64,000 bases of DNA from Psilocybe cubensis (Eukaryota): positions 1,240,001 to 1,304,000 of the forward strand of contig CM039005.1 in the NCBI GenBank assembly GCA_017499595.2, in the 5' to 3' direction. Position 1 is the stretch's first letter. Every line of letters begins with the position of its first letter. The translations under genes were made by a program, and so were the position numbers. Shown here piece by piece: positions 1 through 12,459 of the stretch. The notes below the pieces were generated by a model. That model ran no database searches. It saw nothing but the letters and a program-made list of their open reading frames with translations, and was not told the origin of the DNA.

Positions 1-531
1 ATTTGGTTAAGAGCGTGTGTAACCTCTCTAAAATGTCGAAATGGAATGTAACCAGACACCAATGGAGCAAGAAGGGGCATAACAAGAAGCACTATGTGCA
101 TTGAATCATTGTCCTTGTCGGATATCGGAACAGATATCACTTCCAGAAGAGGGACTGCATTATTGCGAGGATCTGCGCGCATCTCATCCGAGTTTAGATG
201 CTGTAGCAGCGATATGTTGTCATGCTCAAAAGTCGACCTCTTTATCACGACTTTGAGGCCATCTTTAACACGAACAGCATCTATAACGTTGTGCCTCTGT
301 GCAGGAGTCTATTAGTAACCTAGTAAACTTGTCATTAAAAAGAAAGCCTCGCACCTCTAGTACAATTGAATCTTCACAATCTTTCATGGATTTGTAAAAG
401 TTCCGACGCTTTTGCCACGATGGTTTCCACGATGGATGATACCTGGGGCGTAGCATATAGCCAGAATCGCGGAGCACAGGTTGTAACTTAACCCATTCTA
501 CCTCTGCATCCATGAGTGAATCAGACATCAT
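1..531 (-). CDS. AgaK1-type (Agaricomycete-expanded) protein kinase-like gene, 5' part; runs off the window start
   Basis: Translates MMSDSLMDAEVEWVKLQPVLRDSGYMLRPRYHPSWKPSW...CEDS, then after an intron NVIDAVRVKDGLKVVIKR...DPRNNAVPLLEVI. Clearly paralogous to the genes at 47568 and 52434. The W..LQP.L...GY.LRPRY.P.W.PSW N-terminus is typical of this family. Confidence 0.8.
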
Positions 532-1583
532 GATTGTGTATGAGTTTTGCCCAGATATGCAAAGAAATGCTACATACATTTGACCATAAAATAAATGTGA
601 AAAAGCATCAAAAACTTAAGAAAGAACGAACGTTTCACGGTTTAAATTTGGTTGAACACAATTTTAACTGTTCGGTCCTAACTCTTGGTTGCAGGCAAAC
701 CGAAGGCAGCTGGGGAAGTGATAAGCCAACTAAGATGTAACAGTAAGGATGCGTTGCTCACAATTTATTGGGGAGCTTGCTCCCCTTTGTACTGGTGGGG
801 ACCCAAAATGCTTAAGCACACGTAATCCACCAGTGTTTTGATCGTCACCCCGTGCGAAAATGGCACCCCGTGTGAACTTACCAGCGAGACCTGCCGAAGT
901 TTGTGATGCGGCAAGATTCTACCTAGAGCATGCCAGGTACTGGCATAGCAAATTAATCGTTCTAGGGTTAATTAAGGATCTTATAGCCCAAGGTGGGTAA
1001 GTGTCGTTTGTTCCGAACTTGATCATAAAAAGGTTCAAAAGGTTGAACCTCCAGCATATTTGATACAGAATGTTCCAAACGGGTTAAAACGTTACCTAAT
1101 ATGTGTACCAATTGAAGAAATTCTTGCAAATCTAAAGAATCAACAAGAAACCAGAAGTGTTGAACGTTGTAAACTGTCGCTGCCAGTTATTGTGTCGGGG
1201 CTGCCATCCTAGGGGCACCACGTCTGGTACTTCACTTAAAGCACTCCCATTCATTCTACTGAAATCTTAGCAATCGAACAAGCCCACTGTCGGGATAATC
1301 CAAGAATGCTCGTGTCGCTTTCTTCAAATCGACTTACTCTGGTTCCATCCTTTTCTGTGCATAAAAATTCCTTCATTTTCCGAGAACACTGGAATCGCGT
1401 TTGACTCCAGATTTATGATGTTGACGGAATGAACCTCGGTAAAGTGCATGTTTACAACAGAGACCCAGGTTCACACGACAATGCTCGGCGGTACTTTATT
1501 GCAATGCACCTCAAAGATGACGACCATTACTACAGTACACTCTTCATCCTCTCACTCAACTCCTTGGTCAGCAGAGTGGACCT

Positions 1584-3738
1584 ATGACCATCATCCTAAC
1601 TGTTGCCTATGTTTTTGCGGTCGTCGGAGCAGCTAAATTAGTTGCGAAATTTTTAACATACAACAGAAGTCGAATTGCCTATCCTCCAGGCCCCAATCCC
1701 AAACCAATATTCGGCAATGCTTTTGACTTTCCTAAGTATGACGCTGCGATGGAATACTTGAACTGGGGAAAAAGATATAACAGTCAGTGGTGTATTATCT
1801 GTCTCTCCTGCAAGTTATCATAATGACTTCACACTGCAGGTGACATTCTTCATGCCGAAGCGTTGGGAAACCATGTCGTGATTCTTAACAAAAGGGAGGA
1901 TGTAGATGCTATACTTGAGCAGTCTGATCGCGCAAAGCTCTATTCAGATAGACCCCACGTGCCTATTTTTAAGATGTGAGTCGATAAACCACAAATCTGG
2001 TTGAATAACTTCGATGATTGGTTATAGAATGGGTTGGGAGTATAATTTTGCTATGCTTCGATACGGCGATGAATGGAGGGAACACAGAAAAATCACAAAC
2101 CAAAACTTCAACCCGCAAGCAGCGAAGCAATATCAGTCGCTTCAACTGGAAAAAGTCGGTCAACTACTGCAAGGTCTTCTCGATAGCCCAAAAGATTTTT
2201 TAGAACATGGCAAAAAGTATTCCTTCGCAATTTCCTGTTGTATATCTCAATATCTCATGATTTACACAAGGTTCTCGATTGCACTTACTATGGCTATGAT
2301 GTATGGATACGAGGTTAAATCTATAGACGATCGAGCTGTTTCAGTGGCGGAAGAAGCTCTGGCTCTGGGGACCCAGTTGCTCACTCCGGGTGGCACTCTC
2401 ATTAATGTTATTCCTGCACTGCAATACGTCCCAACATGGTTTCCGGGTGCTTGGTCTCGAAGGCTGGCTGCAAAAGTACTAGAATTATCCGAGGAAATGA
2501 AGAGAATTCCAACTGAGTTTGTAAAGAAGAGCTTGGTATGCTTGTTCCCCATCAGTATCGATGTAGCTGTTGACGGTATACGCAGGCTGAAGGCACAGCT
2601 TCTCCATCTCTTGTTACTGAATTCTATGAAAGGAAATTCGCGGTCGGTGCCACTCAACATGAAGAAGATGTTATTAACAACGTTGCCTTCACGGTCTATG
2701 GAGGTAAAAAATTCAATCTTCAATGCTCGTATGACAAGGTGCTGAAATAACTGTTCAATTAGCTGCCTCTGACACAGTAGCGACGTTTTCTTAGCCTTTC
2801 TGTGATTTACGCTGAAGCCTCCTTTCATCTGACAGACAATATCCGCGACAAGGACTTTCTTTTATACTATGGCAGCTAACCCTGACGTCCAAAGAAAGGC
2901 TCAGGCTGAACTTGATCGAGTGATTGGCTCGAAGCGACTACCCAATTTCGACGACCGCGAGTCGCTTCCTTACATTGAAGCTATATACCGGGAGGTTCTC
3001 CGATTTAGGCCTCCTGTTCCAATTGGCATTCCTCATTGCTCCACTCAAGACGATCATTATAAAGGCTACTATATACCTAAAGGTATTGTCGGCTTTGACT
3101 GTTTTTTCTGAAAACTTTTAATAGTATCTTTGCACTGAACAGGGACCAGCATCTTTGCAAACATATGGTTAGTGCTAATTATCACTATTTCTTCCACTTT
3201 AATCCAATAATAAACAACCCTTTTCAAGGGCCTTAGCTCATGATGAAGCAGATTATCCTGAACCGCACTCCTTCAAACCGGAAAGGTTCCTAGACGAAAA
3301 TGGCCAGTTGAACGATGACGATAGAATATTGGCATACGGTTTCGGGCGAAGGTAAGCCATTCATAAATTGTCAATCGATACGTTTCTCATTTTTAAAACA
3401 GAGTCTGTGTGGGAAAACATGTTGCCGGTGCTACCGTCAGTACTCCTTTATTGCCGAGTGCATATCCCGAATCAATTTCAATTTCAATTGAATATTGCTT
3501 CATAGATGTGGATACTTATAGCATCGGTCCTTGCTTGCTTCAACATCACACAGGCTAAGGACGAAGAGGGCAACGACATTGAGATCAACCCCGATTATGT
3601 CGATCTTGGATTAACCAGGCGAGTAGTAACGTACTCATCTTTCCACCTCGTTTTTGACCAGATTTAAATAGCATAAAAAGTGCATTCGAGTGCTCCTTTG
3701 TTGTCCGTTCTCAAGAAGCTCGGAAATTGATTGCATAA
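1584..3738 (+). CDS. Cytochrome P450 (CYP5144/CYP64-clan-like), multi-exon
   Basis: N-terminal TM plus YPPGP hinge, I-helix GAASDT (14-nt exon 2763-2776), EXXR (YREVLR), FKPERF, heme motif YGFGRR/VCVG split by an intron at ~3352-3402, stop TAA at 3736-3738. Confidence 0.93.
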
Positions 3739-4357
3739 CAAGATGTTTACGAAGTTTCTTTCGTGTATGGGTATCTCTTTATCACTGCGATAATTTTGAC
3801 GCCACCACTAGAAATCTTAGTACACCGTGACTAAATTCTTCTTGAGTAATATATAGATGCACTTTGGATGTACTTACTATAAATTTTTTTCTCTTTCCAC
3901 CTTACTCGCAAAATGGGTGTTTGTATCACGTGATATGTCAGGATTTTCGTCGAGTTCTAATCGAATTCTCTCTCGAGTTCCTCCCTCACACATGCCCGGC
4001 ATTGCCACCTGCTCCTTGATTATATGAATCTAGCTAGACTCTACACATGCTCGTAGTCTCCACATGCTGGCGTATCAGTGCACAGAAGCTGCGAGATCAG
4101 GATTTTTACTTCATCAATTGTTCTTTCATTGATGTAGCTGCTCAGCTTCACTTCTTTTGTCTTTTGAATGGTATATATTCTTTCTTTGCAGTGGATCTGA
4201 ACCAAGCTAACGCTAAAATCCCTGATTTTTTAGATTAATTGCGTGTTAAATTTACAATGAGCGACATAGCGCAAAAATAGTACAGTGTGGAAAGCGAAAA
4301 TCTAGGAATAAGTTACATGGCGACAAGGCAGGCGCATATGTCAGACGGTGAAAGAGT

Positions 4358-6394
4358 TCAATTATCACCTGTGTTGAAAAATCCTCCTGGTATCCAATCG
4401 CGGCTAGAACGTCTTTGCGTCCCGTATCCCCCGGCAGGATAACGGTGAGAATTGCCCCCTTTTTTATGCCCTGAACGAGGGTGGTGATAGTCTGTCCACG
4501 GCATGGCTGGCACATTCGATGGCGTGGCGTTATGCCTGAGAGTACCGGCAGACGAAGTTATCGGACGACTGGCCAAAGGCGACGATTTTGGGCTCAACCA
4601 GGATGACCCAGATGAGCGGGGAAAGAAACGCATAGGGTTGAAGACGTTTTGCGATTTTGTCCGGCTTTTACGGTTTCGACTGTTTTGAATGCTCATTGGT
4701 CGAGATCCATTTCGTTGCCCTGCTGGTTCAGGCCAGACAACAAAATTCGGAGAATTGGGAGGGAAGTCATCCACCGACGAATCGCTATAATCATCGCCAT
4801 ATATTGAATCCTCGGTGACGGAATAGATGGATGTGTTGGGGGAGGAATATCTTTTCGCAGTTCTGTAGGCGTCCATGTAGGGCGCATCCTGGTATTGGAG
4901 GAATGGTTTTGACTCCATGATGGGTGTATCCACGAAGACTGAAGATGCATAACGGTTGGTTTCGGGGGTTTCAGTAGCTGAGGAGCCAGTGAACGAGGGG
5001 TATGCAGTGGGTTTTGCATACAGATTCTCCGAGTCGTAGTCGTATGCGGTTTCCATGTCGAAATTGTTTCTGACACCACGGTAACTGAACTGATCGACGC
5101 TGCTGGGAGTACTGGGTTCTGAAGGATCCGAAGAGTACGAGGATCTGCCAGAACTTCCGTATGGGACCTGAAGCTCGTTGTCATAAACGTCCATTCCATA
5201 ATGGCGTGCATCGTACACATTCTGCTCTCCCTTCCAAGGGTCTCTCTCGAAGTAGCCTTCAGTTGTGGACGCCTGACTTTTGAATGTCGAGGCAACTGCA
5301 GACACGGAAAGTACGCAGTACGGTTCGACGCCCTCTGGAATTTTGGGCACCGGTCTCTTTTCGTGGCCAGCATCTTGAGGCTCAACATTTCCAAGGTCCA
5401 TACCAGCTTCCCATGGGCACCGAGCGAGGCTTCCTTCAAATATGACTTTGTCTGAATAAAAAGATGTGACGTTTTGAATACTCTGGCGAAGCTCCGAAAG
5501 GGACAGGCGGCCTCTCCAATCAACATCCAACGTTTGAACGAGAATGTCGTTGAGCTCCTCGGAAATGGGCAATACGCTCATGAGGAACTGAAGCGGATCT
5601 TGGCGATACGCTTGATATGTGGGATCGTCTGCCATCGCAGACCTCCATGGATTTCTTCCTGTCACAAGATTGAGGAGGATGATACCCAATGACCAGATGT
5701 CGTTGTGCATGGGCGAGTACGCAGGAGACGTCTCTGGGTCGCCCGCTTGGCATTCTGCTCATTACATTCAGCTCAATTCAGCTATAATGTGCAAACGTAA
5801 ACACGCACCTGGGCTCATATGATACACGCTACCCGTGCGGAACTCCTTGCTCATTTTATCGGTGGTGGCAAGGCCAAAGTCGGTAATTGCGACTCGATAA
5901 CCTCCGTCGAAGCAGAGGATATTCTCGGGCTTCAAATCCCGATGGAAAATACCCAACGAATGGCAGTGCTGCACGCCGTCAATCAACTGCAGGAACACAT
6001 GCTTGATCAGGGCGTTATTACCCAAATATCTGGACTTGTGTAGAATCTGGGTGAAGAGGTCGTCGTCGGGGGCGTACTCCATAATTATGAACATATGGTC
6101 GTGGTCCTCAACAATACGATGAAGGGTGACTACCCCTGGATGAACTGATGCGATCCGGTGGAGGGTAATTTCTCGAATATGGACCTGCCGCCGTAGTACT
6201 GAATGACTATGGGTACTGGCCAGGCATTTGACTGCGAATGAGCGTCCCCTCGACGGAAATGTTTCGACTGCTCGATAAACGACGCCATAACCACCGACAC
6301 CAAGAACTTCAACCAATTGTAAGGCATTGCCGTCGATCAAGGTGCCCAGAGGAGGATGGGAGGCAGGTGCTGAGACTGGCGCTTTTTGCGGCAT
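4358..6394 (-). CDS. Ran1/Pat1-SKS1-like Ser/Thr protein kinase
   Basis: LGVGGYGVVY, AVKCL, HRDLKPEN, DFG, GSVYHMSPEC (one intron ~5755-5808), DIWSLGIILLNLVTGRNPW, followed by a long S/P-rich tail. Confidence 0.9.
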
Positions 6395-8429
6395 TGGAGC
6401 TAGTGGCAGAGTTTGAGGAGGTAAGAAAGATACCTCTTTGACGAACGAGATTTTTGCACTGACAATATAAGCAGCGCAGAACGAAAACAGCTGGTGCACC
6501 TGTGAGGTCTGTTCAGTGCGTGCACGGCATGCGGATGTGAAACACCTACAGGTCACAAAAGCACGCAGTTATCTGCTGACTGGGTCGAGCTCCCCTTTGC
6601 CCTTGAAAGCACAAGAAGTATGTCTTCCGTACGCAGCCCGTTCGTGACAAACAGAAAAGACGAGTGGAACGTTTTCAAGTTTTATGACAGTTCCGTCAAT
6701 TCCCCTATCTGAACCATGCCGAGGAGTTGCCTTGACTCGCCCCAGCACAACATTGGACACGCACTGAGCTATTTCCCTTTCAATTCCGTTCTCAGAAGTT
6801 TCGGATGGCCACGTTTTGTGTCTATGTTGGGAGACAGGGATGCGGTGAAGCTGGTGCCACTCAGACATTTCGCCATATTGGGATCTCACCGGCGTATGAA
6901 CTATTCATCGTCATGTTTTCAGAGTGGGCTTCAGCATTAACCCTCATTAACCTGCTTACTGGACCGATCCTTTTCAATAATTGACTGCGCAAAAATTGGA
7001 CGAGAGGAACGCATCCCGTTCCGAATGTCGCGGCCGTGCTCTGCACATTCTTATCCGATAGGCAGCATCCGGTTTAACTCTTTGGATCAGCAAACTCGAT
7101 CGGCCACAGTTCTCCCGTCTACGTCATTAAATCGTCGATCGCAGAACCTAGTGCCATATCCTGGCGTCCGTGTTTGGTACAGCAAGATGCAGCAATTGAC
7201 GGCAGACTTTCAAAATGTTTCTGAATTACTGAAACAGGCAGCTTTTCGGTTTGAAAGCTCCGGGTTGCGCTGTGCAGGTCGAACAGCAGAATTCCATTGG
7301 CTTCGACCGTTCATTTGGAATGGTTTACCCTGCATTCTAGTTAACGAAGAGACTATTGAAAACTTGTTTCCGTTACGGCGATGGAGATGCAATTCGTGAA
7401 TGAGACCGAGTCTGAACGACCGCATAGCCTTGTCTGACTGAAAGGGTCTCATAGTATACTTCCCGTTTAGGGACAACAAAGGATATTTATGGGAAGAATG
7501 TCACCGTCTTTTTAGTCGGCGCACACTGATTCAAATCAATTCTAGTGTATTTCACAATACCGATCCAAGATATATATCTGCGCAGTTCGAAGACAAAGGA
7601 AATAAGATAGAGAAAAAGTCCTCTGTAAGCTATGTACAGGAACCAATAATTAAAGAATGTATTGTCAAATTTTTATCAGAATACGAGATCAACCAGGGAG
7701 AGATAGGAAGGCATATGGCGAGTCGTCTACGAGTACAAGGGATTTACGCCCTATGGGCTGATGCAAGAAAAGAGATGGCCTCCTCCGCCTCAGGGTAAAA
7801 GTACTGAAATGGGTGATTGTCCGGTGTGCAAAAAGGGCAGAGAGCAGTATGAAAGTCGAATGATAAATCGGATAAGGGAGAGAATGAAAGAATTGCCCAA
7901 CACCCAACCAGACACAAAAGGGATGATTCAGGTCCTACATCCGTCCGCCGCAAAGAACTTCTGAGAGAGCCACAAAAGAACCGTCGGTCGGCTTGATCCA
8001 GAAAAATCAAGAATGGAGAAGGCGTAAGAGTACTTGTACAAGAGCCACGGAGAGGTGTAATGAAATGGTACATTCGAAGGAGAAGGCCAATGTGGGGAGT
8101 AGGACAGTCGTGGATGCATTTCTTCTATGTGTGATACACGGCGGCGCAGCGATAGGGAGGAGCGACGACCGCAAATGATAAGAAAGGAGAGGACAGCGGC
8201 AAACCGTAGCCGCCTGGTGTTGCAAACGAGATATTGAGCGAGCGAGCGAATTGATTCGATATTCTATGTGTATATTTTTTCAGGAGCAACCTGGTCCTGA
8301 AAAAAATGTATTATTGGTATACTGGTAAGGCAATCAGACATGTACCCGCGAGGGTAAGAACTTGAAGGTGATGTATAGGGGTGGAACGGGACGTGATTTT
8401 CCAGACAGATTTTAGACTGGCATCGAACT

Positions 8430-11400
8430 CTATTTCCCTCCTGATGTCTTGAAAAGCACGAGACCGCCAAGTGCAATGGAGTAACCTGCGAAAACGTAAA
8501 GAAAACAGTGTTAGCATTATATAGAATAGGAAGGCAACGGATCGAAGCAGGCAAGTCAAGAAGAAGTATAAGTAAAATGTGGCTAAGGTGGATGAGAACG
8601 AGAAAGACATGGCAACAGGGAAAGCAGAGAAATCCCAGAGTAAACGGACGGCGCCAAATGTGGAAAATGGATTTCAAAAAGATTGGAAAACAAAAAATCT
8701 CGAAAGAAGGAATAGAATCCTTGCTCGTCCACGCAGTCAAATCCTAATGACACAACATAAAAGGGGAAAAGGTTTGAAAGACATGGCAACATCAGGATAT
8801 TTGTACCCAGGCGAAGCGACGACGCGAGACTGCGAAGAACAGAACTTCGAACTGGCGCAGCAAGTGTGGCGTTTAGAGATAAGATGGAAACAAGAAGAAG
8901 GGGCAAAATTGAACACAGGAGTAGCTGCGGTAAGTAGGCAGGTGCTCAGAAGCAAACCAAAAGAGATTCAGAATTGGTTTCCTCCTCAGTAAGAGAAAGC
9001 CTAACAAGCTCTGGCCAAATTTACGCAAAAAGACGCACTCAAAAAAGAACAGAAAGGCAAAAAAAGGATTGAACATAAGAAGGAAAGTATGTATGAACGC
9101 ACCAAAGACCTGAAGAGGAGTGATTTCACTTCCAAATATAATGACTGATCCAGTGATCAACAGGATATCCTGTGAATAACAAGGAAAAGACAGTCGGCCA
9201 ATTCCAGAATTGACGCGTCATGTCATCCGTTGTCGTTTACAATAGATCGTGGCGTCGGTCGGAGGAGGGAGGATCCGTTAGATATACACGGCGAGGTTTA
9301 CATAAACGTCAATTTTGGAACGTGGGGTTGAAGTGATCCATGAATAGATAACATAGGAAGCCAAGAGCGTGTGGTAAAGTGTATTCATTTTTGAACCCGC
9401 GATTCATCAAAATTTGAAGCAAGTGGTTGACCGGTATGTCCATGAATTTAAGGGACGCAGTTGGGATAGGCCGAGCGATTTTTTGATGTCCCAGGAAGTA
9501 AGATCAGCAGGTCGAGAGTTTGATCGCAAAGCCAAGCGAGACACGGTACGGAGTTGGGCAGAGGGGAAAGGGGGATAATGGTTATCAATCAGTAACAACG
9601 TCTAACAAAGTGAGGATAGGACAAAAGAGGGAATAAGAAAGAAAACAGAGATTGAAGAAGGTAGAACGGAACTCGGGAGGAAAAAGAGAGACAACCGAGA
9701 CAGGAAAATAAGCACCGCGACATGCGAAAAAGAAGAGTGAAAAGGAAGAACGCCCGACAAAAATATTCAGAGCGGGATGGCAGTTTCCCAATCGTCCTTG
9801 CATGCTCTGTGAATATAGAAAAAGCTCGGTCCACGACCTTGGGAGACATTTGGTCGCAAATACACGTGTACAGCGAGATACGCGAAATAGCGTAAAAGGA
9901 GATGACAGTAATGTGAAAATTATCAAACGTGATCTATTTCGCCGAAGCCCTCTCCCCCCAAAAAATAGGCGCATACAATGGCGATAGAAGGCCACATGAG
10001 GGACGCAAATCGCGAAATGATGTGTCCACTGAGCAAGACGTGGGTCGGGCATCATCAGGCATATCCATCAGGTCTGGTTTAGGGTTCAGGAAGAGCAAGG
10101 TCCTTCTTCCCTGACACGGTATTGAATTTAATACCCGAACGCGTCGTGCGAGTCCCTCCCAGATAAACTGGATGTAAGTGGCTAATCCCTGCGCAACTGG
10201 TAGTCATCAAATCCATAGCGCCGCTGAAATGCATTGCGCTTTTATCCAACCATTAAAATAAAAAGGCTCCAAAATAGGCGAGCAAAGGGCCAGATGACTG
10301 GAAAGGTGTTCTACAATGCAAACTGCAAAGAGACGATTTCGCGAGAGAGATTCAAATCTCTCTCGCGAAGTACGATGTAAGGAGAAAAAGTATAGGCGAT
10401 CCTAGAATGATTGGGCCTAAGATATGTTTGTCGATTGTTCACCGACAAGAATTGACTCCAGGAAGTTTCCATCTGACCCATACAAAACCAAAAAGATTTG
10501 GGGCGCAAATCCCATTTTGGATAATGAATATAATGGGAATGGAAAGAAGGAAGACCAAATGATGATGAAAAGTGGACAAAGGTGTACCCGCCAATGAGCA
10601 GTTTAGTACCACGCACAGCAAAGTGGTGAATTGAGAATGCTCAGTAAAGAATAGGGGTAAAAGAAGATCGACCAAAGGAATAAAACGAAAGAGAGAAGGA
10701 GAAGGAAAGTTATGGGTAAAGAAAATTCGGCTCACCTTGAACACTCCAGCGAGAGTCAAAATCAGACCGCTACCCACGCCAACCAAAAACACAGCTGCTA
10801 CGTTCAATAAGAATGCAACTGAGGCATTGCTGATCAATACAAAGATGCCCAACTTCTGCAGCTCGTAGAAGGGTGCCAGTCCTTCTGTGAAAGGAAGGAA
10901 GAAGAGGTTGATGATGGCGCAGACCGGTGCATAGTAGTGCAGGGATACGAGAGGGTCCATCTTGAGGTTGTGCAACAGGATCTGAATCATCACAAGCCGG
11001 GAGGCCTCAAACTAGATAAATGAAAGTTTTAGATGGTCGGCAACGCCAAAAGTTTATTATAGCACTTACGGCAACACCTGCAGCTTGGACGAGGAAACCA
11101 ATCATATTGAAACGCATTTCTCCCTGAGACGCAAGGGCGACACCCGTAGAGATCATAACTACGATGATACCCAGCTTCTTGTTAGGCTCTTGGATACGGA
11201 AGGTCCATGATATGAGTAGAATTGCGACGGGGACGAAGGCCTGTGTAGAATCAAGGGCAAAAATCAGCAACACGTTACTATGATGCAGATCAGTATACAA
11301 ATATGCACCTTGAGCATCTGAATATAGGACACGCTCAGGTATAGGTAAGCCGTGTTGCTGAAGATCAGACTTCCGGAGAAGAGGAGGCCAATGGGCAATA

Positions 11401-11812
11401 TTGACCGCACAAACATTTCCTTAGTCATATGTACGTCCTTCACGCCATCAAGGAGGTTGGTGGTGCGCTGCAGAATTCGCGTACCAATAGCGGCAAAACC
11501 CAAATGCCATGTCACAAGAAAAACTGGGAACTTGAAGTTGAGGGTGTTGTAGAGGTAGTTGTTGTAAATGATGACAGCAGAGCTCAGGGCGATCCAGATA
11601 GGGATGACCACCGCTGAGGAGAGCTTGTACTTGGCTGCCGTTGGGGTGGCCTTGGGCGGCTGTGCGGACACTGGAGAAGGCAGGTCCATCGACGACGACG
11701 ATGGCAATTTGACTTGCAACATCTCTTGTTCCTCGGCCTGTTTCTCCTGGTCGTGCTTTGAAGAAGACATGGATGAAATGCTAGAAATGCTTACTGAGTT
11801 CCTGTTAGGCAT
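8430..11812 (-). CDS. Triose-phosphate/nucleotide-sugar transporter family protein (Cryptococcus CAS4-like)
   Basis: Five exons join in frame: 11812-11309, 11240-11070, 11011-10736, 9169-9103, 8485-8430. Protein contains WIALSSAVIIYNNY, FPVFLVTWH, SNTAYLYLSVSYIQMLKAF, EASRLVMIQ, AGVFK|DILLITGSVIIFGSEITPLQVFG|YSIALGGLVLFKTSGGK*. The start codon is less certain. Confidence 0.88.
10338..10369. repeat. Perfect inverted repeat (15-bp arms) inside transporter intron 3
   Basis: ttcgcgagagagatt-ca-aatctctctcgcgaa; the arms are exact reverse complements. Confidence 0.9.
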
Positions 11813-12068
11813 AGTGAGAAATAAGAAGGGCCTACAGTGTGGGATACGCCAAACGGTCGTCGGTGGTGCTGGGTGCTGGTGGGGGAGGAGGAGAGTCGGG
11901 CTGGCAGGTGGTGAATGGGAGAATGATGCCAAAACCAGAATACGGCGGTGTCAAATTTAATTTGCCAACAAGAGTGCCAACCGCCAGCGCCAGCCACAGC
12001 CATCAGCACGTGCATGCACGGACCCAACTTGCCTTTTCCGCTCCTTTTCTTGTGCTCGTCCCAGCGCC

Positions 12069-12459
12069 ATGTCCACCCTCCAGGGCTATGTTGACCGTCG
12101 TGTCCTCCTCGTGCTCCAAGATGGACGCGCAATCGTGGTCAGTACTCTTTTTCTCTGCCTTGCTGACCGCTCATTCTCTCCAGGGCGTGCTGGCAGGATT
12201 TGATCAAAAATCAAACATCGTGCTAGCAGACTCCAAGGAGCGTGTCTACAGTGCCGATGAGGGTGTGGAGGAGATTCCTCTCGGTCTATATCTCGTCAAA
12301 GGAGAGATGATGTCAGTCCGCCATAGTCTTTGCTCCTATCGCGTCCTGCTAACGCGATCTTTAAGATGCCTCGTGGGCGAAATTGACGAAGAAATCGACA
12401 AATCAGTCGATTTGGCATCGATACGCGCAGACCCTATCCCACCTATTCGCTATGGTTGA
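12069..12459 (+). CDS. LSM8: U6 snRNA-associated Sm-like protein LSm8
   Basis: MSTLQGYVDRRVLLVLQDGRAIV|GVLAGFDQKSNIVLADSKERVYSADEGVEEIPLGLYLVKG..|LVGEIDEEIDKSVDLASIRADPIPPIRYG, with Sm1/Sm2 motifs and two introns. Divergent from the transporter gene, ~255 bp apart. Confidence 0.92.

Noticed and set aside
930-1050. Short hairpins (atgccag-gta-ctggcat; aggttcaa-aagg-ttgaacct)
   Set aside because: Stems of 7-8 bp are expected by chance in 64 kb.
4693-5526. 277-aa alternative-frame ORF overlapping the Ran1-like kinase
   Set aside because: A shadow frame of a real CDS; no recognisable motifs.
10045-10125. Loose resemblance to a TPP riboswitch (atacc...cctgat.ggata.tgcc on the minus strand) in the long intron
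   Set aside because: It lacks the CUGAGA and UAAU...GCG core, and the host gene is not thiamine-related.
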